Origin: Vulcanimicrobiota bacterium
GTDB taxonomy: Bacteria > Vulcanimicrobiota > Vulcanimicrobiia > Vulcanimicrobiales > Vulcanimicrobiaceae
Direction: 5' to 3'
NCBI GenBank assembly: GCA_963812155.1
Contig: CAWETW010000001.1
Span: 160,001-224,000 of the forward strand
DNA: 64,000 nt
This document shows positions 9,753 through 19,173 of this stretch, one piece after another. Position 1 is the stretch's first letter. Each line of letters starts with the position of its first letter. The translations under genes were made by a program, and so were the position numbers. The notes beneath the pieces are model-generated. The model saw nothing but the letters and a program-made list of their open reading frames with translations, made no database searches and was not told where the DNA came from.

Positions 9753-10745
9753 ATGAGCCGTGCGGCATTCGTCGCGCTGGCGGCCGCTGCCGCCGCGTAT
9801 CCGCGCTCGCTGCGCGCGAGCGACGACGCCGACCCGGCCTCCCAGAGTGCGTCGCCGGCGCTGCGCGTGCTGCTCGGTCCGGGCGACGCGCAGCCGTCAC
9901 CGGGCGGCGGATTTTTTTTCAACGGGCGCCCGTACCGCGGCACGTTTCAACGATTGCCGGACGGGACGATCGTCAACGTCGTCGACGTCGAGCAGTATCT
10001 GTACGCGGTCGTGCCGCACGAAATGCCGTCGTCGTGGCCGGCAGCGGCATTGCAGGCGCAAGCCGTCTGCGCGCGCACCTACGTGCTGCAGCGCAGCGAT
10101 CCGCGGCGCGCCTACGATCTCGTTCCGTCGGAAGCCGATCAAGTCTACGCAGGCGCCGGCGCCGAGTCGCCGGCCGGCCGTTCCGCGGTCGATGCGACCG
10201 CCGGCCAAGTGCTGCGATTCGGCGCCGGGTACGCGTCGATCGCGTATTCATCGTGTTGCGGGGGGCACACGGAGGCCGCGGCCGACGCGTGGAGCGGCGG
10301 CGCGCTGGTCCCGTATCTTTCCGGCGTTTCCTGTCCGTACTGCACGCAGTCACCGAACTACCGCTGGAGCGTTTCGGTCGCAACGGCCGACGTCGCGCAG
10401 CGCTTTTCAACGCAACTGGCCGGCGCCGGCACGCTGCACGACGTGCGCGTCACGGACCTCGACGGGAGCGGACGCGCGCGCGCCGTTACGCTCGTCGCCG
10501 ATCGCAGCGTCACCATCAAGGGCAGCGTCTTTCGCCTCTCGATGGGGCCGCGCGTCGTGCGCAGCCTCCTGTTGACGAACGTCCGTGCCGACCTGCGTCT
10601 TGCCACGGTCGAAATCGACGGCGGCGGTTTGGGTCACGGCGTCGGAATGTGCCAATGGGGAGCGCGCGGCATGGCGCAACTCGGCCGTACGTCGAACGAC
10701 GTGCTCTCGTTGTACTTTCCCGGCACGACGGTCGGCACGTTCTGA
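9753..10745 (+). CDS. SpoIID/LytB domain lytic transglycosylase
   Basis: EQYLYAVVPHEMPSSW..ALQAQAV..RTY, DQVY, GHGVGMCQWGA; usual ruvB-spoIID-queA context. Confidence 0.92.
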   Translation: MSRAAFVALAAAAAAYPRSLRASDDADPASQSASPALRVLLGPGDAQPSPGGGFFFNGRPYRGTFQRLPDGTIVNVVDVEQYLYAVVPHEMPSSWPAAALQAQAVCARTYVLQRSDPRRAYDLVPSEADQVYAGAGAESPAGRSAVDATAGQVLRFGAGYASIAYSSCCGGHTEAAADAWSGGALVPYLSGVSCPYCTQSPNYRWSVSVATADVAQRFSTQLAGAGTLHDVRVTDLDGSGRARAVTLVADRSVTIKGSVFRLSMGPRVVRSLLLTNVRADLRLATVEIDGGGLGHGVGMCQWGARGMAQLGRTSNDVLSLYFPGTTVGTF

Positions 10746-10757
10746 AACGAATCCATC

Positions 10758-11828
10758 GTGAGCGCCGGCGCAAATCAAGAGCGGCTCACCGAGAACTATT
10801 CCTACGATCTACCGCCGGAGCTCGTCGCGCAAGCGCCGGCTGCGGTGCGCGATGCAGCGCGGCTCATGATCGTGCGCGAACGCAACGAAGACGCGCGCTT
10901 TGCCGACTTGCCGCAGTATTTACGCACCGGCGACGTTCTCGTGCTCAACGAGACGCGCGTGATCGCGGCGCGGCTCATCGGCAAACGGCTGCCGGGCGGC
11001 GGCCGCGCGGAACTGCTGCTCCTACATCCCGCGGGATCGGAACGGTATGACGCCGGCGCGATACGGTGGATCGCGCTGGCGCGACCCGCGCGCCGATTGC
11101 GCGAAGGCGCGCGCATCGCGTTCGATGGCGGCATTGCGACCGTCATGGCGGTGCTCGACGAGGGTGCGCGCGAGGTTGCATTCGAGCTCGACGAACCGTT
11201 CGAATCGTTTCTCGAGCGTGCCGGCCGTCTACCGTTGCCGCCGTACGTGCGAAACGACTCACCGGAAGCGCAGCGGGGCTATCAAACGGTGTTCGCGCGC
11301 GTTCCGGGGAGCGTTGCCGCGCCGACCGCCTCGCTCCATTTTACGCCGGAACTGCTGGCGCGCATTGAAGACGACGGCATCGAGATCGCGTGCATCGCGC
11401 TCGACGTCGGACTCGGCACCTTCCGGCCGATGACCGCCCGCCGCATCGACGACCACGCGATGCACGCCGAAGCCTACTGCATTCCGGCGGCGGCGGCTGC
11501 GGCGATCGAGCGCGCCCGGGAAGAAGGGCGCCGCATCGTCGCCGCCGGCACGACGGTCGTCCGGGCGCTCGAAGGCAACGTCCAAACGCACGGGAGAATC
11601 GTTGAAGGAACGTGGCGGACCGATCTCTTCATCGCGCCGGGCTTCGAGTTTCGGCTGGTTGACGCACTGATCACCAACTTTCACTTGCCGCGCTCGACGC
11701 TCTTAGTGCTCGTCAGCGCGTTTGCCGGACGCGAGCGCATCCGGCGCGCCTACGCCGATGCCGTGGCACGGCGCTACCGGTTCTTTTCCTTCGGCGACGC
11801 CATGCTGCTGGAGCGCGCGCACACGTGA
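10758..11828 (+). CDS. queA: SAM:tRNA ribosyltransferase-isomerase
   Basis: YDLPPELVAQ, LPLPPY, YQTVFA..PGSVAAPTASLHF, TNFHLPRSTL, YRFFSFGDAM. Confidence 0.97.
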   Translation: MSAGANQERLTENYSYDLPPELVAQAPAAVRDAARLMIVRERNEDARFADLPQYLRTGDVLVLNETRVIAARLIGKRLPGGGRAELLLLHPAGSERYDAGAIRWIALARPARRLREGARIAFDGGIATVMAVLDEGAREVAFELDEPFESFLERAGRLPLPPYVRNDSPEAQRGYQTVFARVPGSVAAPTASLHFTPELLARIEDDGIEIACIALDVGLGTFRPMTARRIDDHAMHAEAYCIPAAAAAAIERAREEGRRIVAAGTTVVRALEGNVQTHGRIVEGTWRTDLFIAPGFEFRLVDALITNFHLPRSTLLVLVSAFAGRERIRRAYADAVARRYRFFSFGDAMLLERAHT

Positions 11829-13606
11829 GTTTGACGCAGCAATGGACGTGGACGTTGGACGCGCCGCGCGCACGTCTGTGGCGCTACCTTGCCGATACCG
11901 ACTGGGTCAACCGGCACGCGGGTTTGCCGCCGATCGCCGCACGCTACGAGCCGCTCCCCGGCGGCGGCGCTCGCCGCTTTGCATCGTTCAAGCGAGGGCC
12001 CCTGCGCGTCGAGTGGGAGGAGCGCCCGACGGAGTGGGAAGCGCCGTCGTTCTTTGCGGTCGAACGCGACTACCTCCACGGGCCGCTCTCGAGGTTCGTC
12101 AGCCGAACGTCGCTCGATGAGGACGGAAGCAATCGAACGCGTGTCGTCGTCGACGTGCGTTTGGAAGCCGCAAACGCGCTCGCGGAACCATTGCTGCCGC
12201 TGCTCGCCGCCCACGGGAGAAGGGGCGCGGACCGCGCCTTTCGCCTGGCGACGAAACTCGCGCACTCGGCCGGCGCGCGCGACGGCGAGACGCACGACGA
12301 TGCAAGCCGCGATTTGGGACCGTGGAACCGTTTGCGCGAGGCCGGCGCAAGCGCCGGCGTGGTCGCGCGCCTCGCGGCGTTCGTCGACGACGCCGAGGAT
12401 GCCGACCTGCAGCGCATGCGCCCCTACGAGCTCGCCGATGCGTGGCGCTTGCCGCGGCGCGACGTCTTGCGCGCGTTTCTCATCGCGACGCGGGCGGGAC
12501 TGTTCAACTTGCGGTGGAGCGTGCTCTGTTCGTCGTGCCGCGGTCCGAGCGAACCGGCCGCGTCGCTCTCCGACGTGCGTCCTACGTACCACTGCGACTC
12601 GTGCAACGTCGCGTTCGGCGCCGCCTTCGACCGTTCGGTCGAAGTGACGTTCGACGCACGCCCGCTCGGACGCACGACCGACGTTCCACCGTTCTGCATT
12701 GCCAATCCCCGCCGCAGCCCGCACGTTCACGCGCAAACCTCCGTCGATGCTCGCGCCGAACGCACCCTCCAACTTGCGCTGCTTCCGGGCAACTACAATC
12801 TCACCGTCACCGGTGCAGGGTCGACGCCGTTCGCGGCGGCGCCTGACGCCAATCGCGAAGCCGTCGCGACGATCGACGCCAGCGGCGCGGTCGACGTTCC
12901 GGTGGAACTCGGGGCCGGCGCCCTTTCGCTACGCGTCGTCAACCGGCTCGATCGCGAAGCCGTGGTGCGCGTCGAAGACGGCGAGTGGCCCGACACGATC
13001 GTGACGGCCGCACAGGTCACCGCGCTGCAAGAGTTTCGCGACACGTTCTCGTCCGAGGTGCTCGCGCCGGGGCTCGATCTCGGGATCGAAACGCTTGCCG
13101 TGCTATTCACCGACGTGGTCGGTTCGACGGCGATCTACTCGAAGACGGGCGACGCGCCGGCATTCCGCATCGTCAGCGACCATTTTGCCGCGATTCGTGA
13201 AACGGTGGCACGCTGCGACGGTGCGATCGTCAAAACGATCGGCGACGCCGTGATGGCGGCCTTCACCGATCCCGCACGGTGTTTGGAAGCGGCGCTCGAT
13301 CTCGATGCGCGCGTGCGCATCATCGCCGCCGCCGGCGCACCGCTGCGGCTGCGCGTCGGGTTTCACGCCGGCCCGTGCATCGCAATGCGCGCCAACGACC
13401 GCATCGACTATTTCGGAACGACGGTGAACCTCGCGGCGCGGCTGCAGAAGCTCGCCGGCGCCGGCGAGGTCACCCTCGCACGCAGCGTCGCCGAACGCCC
13501 GGATATTGCCGAACGCCTGCGCGGACTTGCGACCGCCGTCGCGAGCGAAACGCTCGAAATCAAAGGCTTTTCGCAGCGCATCGACGTGGTGCGCGTCCGG
13601 CCGTAG
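11825..13606 (+). CDS. Class III adenylate/guanylate cyclase with SRPBCC-like N-terminus and Cys-containing (DUF5939-like) middle domain
   Basis: LFTDVVGST, VKTIGDAVMA, DYFGTTVNLAARLQ; CSSC...HCDSC in the middle domain. Confidence 0.88.
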   Translation: MSLTQQWTWTLDAPRARLWRYLADTDWVNRHAGLPPIAARYEPLPGGGARRFASFKRGPLRVEWEERPTEWEAPSFFAVERDYLHGPLSRFVSRTSLDEDGSNRTRVVVDVRLEAANALAEPLLPLLAAHGRRGADRAFRLATKLAHSAGARDGETHDDASRDLGPWNRLREAGASAGVVARLAAFVDDAEDADLQRMRPYELADAWRLPRRDVLRAFLIATRAGLFNLRWSVLCSSCRGPSEPAASLSDVRPTYHCDSCNVAFGAAFDRSVEVTFDARPLGRTTDVPPFCIANPRRSPHVHAQTSVDARAERTLQLALLPGNYNLTVTGAGSTPFAAAPDANREAVATIDASGAVDVPVELGAGALSLRVVNRLDREAVVRVEDGEWPDTIVTAAQVTALQEFRDTFSSEVLAPGLDLGIETLAVLFTDVVGSTAIYSKTGDAPAFRIVSDHFAAIRETVARCDGAIVKTIGDAVMAAFTDPARCLEAALDLDARVRIIAAAGAPLRLRVGFHAGPCIAMRANDRIDYFGTTVNLAARLQKLAGAGEVTLARSVAERPDIAERLRGLATAVASETLEIKGFSQRIDVVRVRP

Positions 13607-13640
13607 CAGATCGCGTTACGTTGGAAAACCCGCTCCGAGA

Positions 13641-14573
13641 TTAAAGCCGAGTTATCAGCAGCGCCGTCGGCAGCGTGACGCCATTGGTCATCTTCGCGTA
13701 CGGCGTATATTCTCCGCGATGGTAGAGGTAGACCGCGGCTTGCTCGACATCCCCGATCGCGACGGTGCCTGCGTGCCCCGGCGTCGACTGAATCGAGATC
13801 GACTGCGGATAGAAGAAGCCGCCGACCGTCTGAATCGGCGTCGTCGACCCCGGCGCGTACACTTCAACGTCGCCTTCGAATCCATCGGTCACCCACAGAT
13901 CACCCGTCCTCCGATCGACGGCGACGCCGGTGGGGTACTCGAGATCCACCAAGTGAAGCGGCGTCAGCGTCGTCGTGCCCGCTTTAACCTCGAATACCTG
14001 GATCGCGCCGTAGTCCGCGATGAAGAGATTTCCGCGCGCATCCGTCGCAAGGCCAAGCGGTTTGTTCAGTCCTTGACCCGTGATCTTCACGGACGGGGCT
14101 TTGCGGCCGTCCGGATACTCTTTGATCGACGCAGGGAAGAGGCCGCTCACGTACAGCGTTCCGCGACCGTCGATCGCGAGCCCGGTCGCATCGTGGATGC
14201 CGTTCGTAATCACCGTGCTCGCCACCGTCGAGCCCGCGGGGAACTCTTCGACCTCGTTCGTTTGGCAATCGTCGGCGACGTAGAGAGTGCCTTTCGAATC
14301 CATCGCCAAGCCGAGAGGACAACCGGAAACCTGAATCTTTGCGATCCGCGGAGCGTTCTCGGCGACGTCTTTCAACCGATAAACGTTAACGACGTCTTTG
14401 TTTTGTTCGCCCTCGAAGAGGAGCGAGCTGCGCGTTTCGTACGCCGGCGCAGGTGCGTTGTTCGGTGCCGCGCCTCGCCCAGGCTCGTAGAGCGCAGACG
14501 GCGGGGCCGCGCAGCTGCAGACGGCGACGACCGCGGAGACGGCAAGCAGTACACGCGCGCGATTCGATGCCAC
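13641..14573 (-). CDS. Secreted or lipoprotein NHL-repeat beta-propeller
   Basis: Hydrophobic signal ending in Cys; repeated GLAxD.xGxLYVAD units. Confidence 0.8.
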   Translation of the reverse strand: MASNRARVLLAVSAVVAVCSCAAPPSALYEPGRGAAPNNAPAPAYETRSSLLFEGEQNKDVVNVYRLKDVAENAPRIAKIQVSGCPLGLAMDSKGTLYVADDCQTNEVEEFPAGSTVASTVITNGIHDATGLAIDGRGTLYVSGLFPASIKEYPDGRKAPSVKITGQGLNKPLGLATDARGNLFIADYGAIQVFEVKAGTTTLTPLHLVDLEYPTGVAVDRRTGDLWVTDGFEGDVEVYAPGSTTPIQTVGGFFYPQSISIQSTPGHAGTVAIGDVEQAAVYLYHRGEYTPYAKMTNGVTLPTALLITRL

Positions 14574-14651
14574 TTCAAGACCCTCCGTAGCGGCTTTTTC
14601 GGTATCGCTGCGCTACAGGCTTTCCGGAGCCTTCGAGCAACGCACGCCTGG

Positions 14652-15633
14652 ATGCGATACGTGAACCTCCCGGAATTCGGGGATGCGGACGTCATGACGA
14701 TCGCCGAAACGGCGGCGCCCCAGGCTGCGACGCGGTGAGGTTTTGATTGCGGTGGAGGCGGCGGGAATTTCCCGCGCCGACGTTCTGCAACGCAAAGGCC
14801 TGTATCCGCCGCCGCCCGGAGCGTCGCCGATTCTCGGACTCGGCGTCGCCGGAACGATTGCCGAAGCCGGTTCCGGGGTCACGCGATGGCGTACCGGCGA
14901 TCGCGTCTGTGCGCTGTGCAACGGCGGCGGGTATGCCGAACGTGTCGCGGTTCCGCAAGGCCAAGTGCTCCCGCTTCCGCAGGGATGGAGCGCCGTCGAG
15001 GCGGCGACGCTGCCGGAGAATGCGTTTACCGTCTACGACAACCTCTTCACGCGCGCGCACTTGCGGCCGGGCGAAACGCTCTTGGTGCACGGAGGCAGCG
15101 GCGGCATCGGTTCGACCGCGATCATGTTTGCGGCCGCGCTAGGCTCGAGCGTCATCGCAACCGCGGGCAGCAATGCCAAAGTTGCAGCGTGTTTGCGCTT
15201 GGGTGCGCAGGCCGCAATCGATTACCGCACGCACGATTTCGTCGCGGAGGTTTTACGCGTTACCCAAGGTCGCGGGACCGACGTCGTGCTCGACGTCGTC
15301 GGCGGCGAGTACGTCGCGCGCGATCTGCAATGCCTCGCGCTCGATGGGCGCATTGCCTGCATTGCGACGCAAGGCGGCCGGGCGGCTGAGATCGACCTCG
15401 GCGCGCTGCTGCGAAAACGCGCGACGATTCTCGGCTCGAGCCTGCGTCCGCGCACTAGCGCGCAAAAAGCCGCCATCGCCCGTCATCTCGAAGCGCGCAT
15501 CTGGCCGCTGCTCCCGCAGCGAACCGCAATCGTACCGGCGGTCGATTCGACCTACCCGCTGGAACGCGCGGCCGACGCGCACGCGCGGCTCGAATCCGGC
15601 CAAACGGTCGGGACGATCGTCCTTACGACGTAG
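14652..15633 (+). CDS. NAD(P)H-quinone oxidoreductase (zeta-crystallin/PIG3 MDR family); +1 frameshift near 14718-14721, probably an assembly error
   Basis: MRYVNLPEFGDADVM lies in one frame and GEVLIAVEAAGISRAD..YPPPPG, HGGSGGIG in another; removing one C from CCCC joins them. Confidence 0.88.
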
Positions 15634-15714
15634 GCTTACATAACGCTCGATGACGCCTTGTCTGCTCGGACGCCGGAGTGAATGGCCTGTGCTATAGTCT
15701 TTTCAGGAGGGCTC

Positions 15715-15957
15715 GTGCACGCTCCACTCGAGGCGCGGATAGCCCATGTCGAGGGCGCCGTCACTCAGATTAACGAACGGCTCGGTAGCATCGACCGGCG
15801 GCTCGATGCGGTTGACGCACGCTTTAACCACATCGACCAACGTTTCGACCGCGTTGACGCCCGATTCAATTGGGTAATCGGCACACTGATGTGCGCCTGG
15901 GTCACAATGATGGCGGCCCAAGTCGGGACGATACTCGCGGTCGTCGCCCACCGCTGA
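15715..15957 (+). CDS. Small coiled-coil protein with C-terminal TM helix
   Basis: AGGAGG SD then GTG; heptad-like D.RF/L repeats; hydrophobic tail. Confidence 0.7.
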   Translation: MHAPLEARIAHVEGAVTQINERLGSIDRRLDAVDARFNHIDQRFDRVDARFNWVIGTLMCAWVTMMAAQVGTILAVVAHR

Positions 15958-15996
15958 GGTCCTTACCCTGACGACGACGCCGAAACGCGGCGCGCT

Positions 15997-16503
15997 TCAG
16001 TGGTAGATCGACTGGTGCGGACCGGTGACCATGAAAAAGAGCATCGGGATCGAAAGCATGGTGTTGACTCGCGACGCCAAGAAGGCGACGCGGCGCGCCT
16101 TGACCTTTTGCTCGTCGGTCGCCGGAACGAGGCCGAGAATCTTCTTTTGATTCATCCAGATAAACGTCCACACGTTGATCAGCATGATCGTGCCCAGCCA
16201 CGCGCCGATGCCGATCGGCGCCATGTTGCTCTGCAATGCAAATGCCGCCGCGAATCCGTTCATACCGTTCGCGGCGGTCATGCTGCCGAGCAGGGCCGCG
16301 CCGAAGATCCACGTCACGACCGCGCCCCAGCGGAAGAAGAGCAGCGCGCGCGGCACGACGTACTTCGAAATCGGCGCTGCCTCACCGGCGGCGGTGGCTT
16401 CCTTGACCGCAGCGGCGTTCACGAAGTTGAAGAAATAGAGCAAGCCGATCCACATGATGCCGGCCAGGACGTGAAGCCAGCGAAGGATTGCGTCGGTCAG
16501 CAT
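15997..16503 (-). CDS. PuuD/urate-oxidase-N-like integral membrane protein
   Basis: RWLHVLAGIMWIGLLYFFNF, GTIMLINVW..IW.NQKK, SRVNTMLSIPMLFFM. Confidence 0.82.
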   Translation of the reverse strand: MLTDAILRWLHVLAGIMWIGLLYFFNFVNAAAVKEATAAGEAAPISKYVVPRALLFFRWGAVVTWIFGAALLGSMTAANGMNGFAAAFALQSNMAPIGIGAWLGTIMLINVWTFIWMNQKKILGLVPATDEQKVKARRVAFLASRVNTMLSIPMLFFMVTGPHQSIYH

Positions 16504-16614
16504 TTACGCGCCCGCCGACTGTGAAACCAGCATCTGCGCGAGATAAAAGAGCACGCCGGTCAGAACGACTCCCAAGATAATCGTCCACCAGAGCGAGTCC
16601 AGAGGATTTTTCAC
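16504..16614 (-). CDS. 36-aa single-TM peptide (MKNPLDSLWWTIILGVVLTGVLFYLAQMLVSQSAGA)
   Basis: GGAGGG SD; GTGA overlap with the upstream stop; TAA abuts the ATG of the PuuD-like gene. Confidence 0.7.
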   Translation of the reverse strand: MKNPLDSLWWTIILGVVLTGVLFYLAQMLVSQSAGA

Positions 16615-18185
16615 GATCGAAGGTCCCTCCCTCGTCCGGTGGTTTGCGCGTTCGGGACGGTCGCATCCTTCGGCGGAGCGGAGTCCGGAAGCGCCACGAT
16701 CGTTTTGGGGTTGACGTACCATACCAGCCCCGGCGGTGCGTTGCGTTGTTTGCGCACGTGTTTGCGCTGCGTGTAATCGACCGGTACTTTCGCGCTCGCC
16801 TTCGCCTTCGAATGTTGCGCCGCAAGGGCGGCGGCCGCCGCGACGTCTTCGGCCGGCGGCTCGGCGCGGTCGTCGCGCGAGAGAATCACGTGCGCACCCG
16901 GGATTCCTTGGGCGTGGAACCAGAGATCCTCCGGCCGAGCCAGCGCGAAGGTCACGTGCGCGTTTTCGGCCGGCGAGCGTCCCACGACGATGCGCGAGCC
17001 GGACGGCGTGCGCACCTCGAGCAAGGCGCGGCGCCGCTTCCGCGCCGCCGGTTTTGCCGGCTGCGCGCGGCGATTGCCGAGCGTCGCGATTGCGGCTTCC
17101 AACTCGTCGAGATCGTCGGGCGCTACGCGCTGCGCTTCCCACGCGAGGTCCTCCACGGCGGCCACGTGCGCGCGCAGTTCGCCTTCCCGCTTCGCGAGAT
17201 GCGGCAGCGATGCGCCGAGTTTTTTGTAGCGGGCGAAGAGCGCCGCCGCACGATCCTTCGCCTCCTCACGCTCTTCGGCCGGCAGCGTATGCAGTTCCGC
17301 GAAAACCGCCTCGCCTTCGGCGCGAAGCGCATCGCGCGATGCCGCACGCTCGCGTCGCAGCTCGATCGCTGCCAGTTCTTCGTTCAGCTTGCGTTCTCGC
17401 TCGCGAAGACGTTTCGCGACGCGGTCGCGACGGCGCTGGGTGCGTTCCCGTTCGCCGCGGCCGCGCAGCTGCCGGTGGAGTTCGGACAGGACGTCGAGCA
17501 GCGAATCCGCGCGCGTTTGCTGCGCATCGTCGAAGCCCGGCAGCGGAACCACGTGCGCCTGGAGGAGCGCGCCGTCGCGGCGATAGACGAAGATCGGCTC
17601 GCGCATCGCGGCATCGCTCTCGGCGTATGCGACGGCGTCGCCGCCGGGGACGGCGGCCTGTTCGAGCGACTTCGGCGTTCGCGGCGCGCCGGCGAGCGGA
17701 GGCAGTTCGTACGGCTGTCCGAGGCTTACGCTGCGACGCTGATTCTCGGCCGGCGTAAACTCTTTGGCAGCGGCCACCACGGTGTCGCGCTTGACGAGCA
17801 CCAGATTCCCGAACCGCGGCACGAGTTCGGCATAGAGTTCGATGCTGTCGCCGACGCCGAAACGCGAGCGGCTCGCGAACGTCAGCCGGAGGAGCCGATC
17901 GCCCCGGCGCGCCCGGACGCCGGCGAGCGTCGTGCCTTTCAGCGCGGCCGCGGCGGCGCGGACGAACCCCGGCTCCGCCACGATGCCCAACTCGCCGGTT
18001 TCGACGGTCAGCAGCGGGGGCGACGCGAACACGTCGGCCGCCAACAACCGGCTTTCCCCGCGGTGCCGCAGGACGATCGCGAACCGCCCGTCTGCAAGCA
18101 AGCCGGCATCGGTGACCCGGGAGCCGCCCAGCCGTTGCTCGAGCTCGTAGCCGAGCCGGCGGACGAGTAGCCAATCCGTAACCAG
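16611..18185 (-). CDS. Rqc2/RqcH (FbpA, NFACT) ribosome quality-control protein; start uncertain, probably CTG
   Basis: DRLLRL..ELVPRFGNLVLV N-domain, coiled coil, C-terminal IVVGRS..EN..DLWFHAQGIPGAHV..VDYT..KHVRK. Confidence 0.9.
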   Translation of the reverse strand: MVTDWLLVRRLGYELEQRLGGSRVTDAGLLADGRFAIVLRHRGESRLLAADVFASPPLLTVETGELGIVAEPGFVRAAAAALKGTTLAGVRARRGDRLLRLTFASRSRFGVGDSIELYAELVPRFGNLVLVKRDTVVAAAKEFTPAENQRRSVSLGQPYELPPLAGAPRTPKSLEQAAVPGGDAVAYAESDAAMREPIFVYRRDGALLQAHVVPLPGFDDAQQTRADSLLDVLSELHRQLRGRGERERTQRRRDRVAKRLRERERKLNEELAAIELRRERAASRDALRAEGEAVFAELHTLPAEEREEAKDRAAALFARYKKLGASLPHLAKREGELRAHVAAVEDLAWEAQRVAPDDLDELEAAIATLGNRRAQPAKPAARKRRRALLEVRTPSGSRIVVGRSPAENAHVTFALARPEDLWFHAQGIPGAHVILSRDDRAEPPAEDVAAAAALAAQHSKAKASAKVPVDYTQRKHVRKQRNAPPGLVWYVNPKTIVALPDSAPPKDATVPNAQTTGRGRDLRS

Positions 18186-18251
18186 GGTTAGGGTGCCTCC
18201 GCTATGAACTGAAGATGGTTTGCTGAGCCTGCCGCTCCTCGGGGAGTTCGC

Positions 18252-18872
18252 GTGATCACCGGGCCCGGTCTGCTCTTCGTGATCTCGGGTCCATCGGGCG
18301 CCGGTAAGGATACGCTGGTCGAGGCGCTCATTCGACGGGTCGGCAGACTTCGCTACTCGATTTCGATGACGACGCGCGAGCCGCGGGCCGGCGAGCGCGA
18401 CGGGGAGCACTACTACTTCGTTACTCGGGCGGAGTTCGACCGCCGGCTGGCCGCCGGAGCCCTGCTCGAGACGAGGGAGTACGGCGGGAACCTGTACGGC
18501 ACGCCGCGCGAACCGATCGAAGAACGTCTGAGGCAGGGTGACGACGTCATCGTCAAGCCCGAAGTCAACGGGGCGCTGGCCGTCAAGGTTGCCTACCCCG
18601 ACGCCGTGCTGATCTTCCTCGTACCGGACCGGTTTTCGCACCTTCGCGAGCGTTTGCTCGCGCGGCGAACCGAGACGAACGAAGAGATCGCGCGGCGGCT
18701 CGAAATCGGCCACAAGGAGATGAGCTTCATCCGCAGGTTCGATTACCTGGTCGTCAACGAACAAGACCGGCAAGAAGAAGCGATCGGCGATCTGCAGGCC
18801 GTCCTGCACGCCGAGCGTCTCAAAATCCACCGTTACACCGACGAATCCATAAAGAAAGTGCAACTAACCTAA
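18252..18872 (+). CDS. gmk: Guanylate kinase
   Basis: SGPSGAGKDT, TTREPRAGERDGEHYYF, YGGNLYGT. Confidence 0.97.
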   Translation: MITGPGLLFVISGPSGAGKDTLVEALIRRVGRLRYSISMTTREPRAGERDGEHYYFVTRAEFDRRLAAGALLETREYGGNLYGTPREPIEERLRQGDDVIVKPEVNGALAVKVAYPDAVLIFLVPDRFSHLRERLLARRTETNEEIARRLEIGHKEMSFIRRFDYLVVNEQDRQEEAIGDLQAVLHAERLKIHRYTDESIKKVQLT

Positions 18873-18874
18873 TC

Positions 18875-19147
18875 ATGGCATCATCCGTTTTCGGCGACTT
18901 GGAGAAGCTGCTCACGCATGCGGATTCCAAGTTCAGCCTCGTCAATATCGTCACCAAACGCGCTCGCCAGCTGAACAACTGGATCCGCGTGCAGCAGCAG
19001 CCGCCGACCGATCGGCGCGAATATTTCGCCAGCGAGCCGCTCGTCGACAAAGATACGATCAACCCCAACAAAGCGGTCTCGATCGCGCTCGACGAGATCG
19101 CCGAAGGGAAAATCGCCTATCACCGCACCCGCGAGGGCATCAAGTAG
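18875..19147 (+). CDS. rpoZ: RNA polymerase omega subunit
   Basis: SKFSLVNIVTKRARQL...KAVSIALDEIAEGKI; follows gmk. Confidence 0.92.
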   Translation: MASSVFGDLEKLLTHADSKFSLVNIVTKRARQLNNWIRVQQQPPTDRREYFASEPLVDKDTINPNKAVSIALDEIAEGKIAYHRTREGIK

Positions 19148-19173
19148 CCGCGGCGTAGGGAGGTTCGTTAGAT

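Noticed and set aside
14715..14745. Recoding in the quinone oxidoreductase
   Set aside because: Removing one C from CCCC restores the frame; no slippery heptamer or stimulatory structure is evident.
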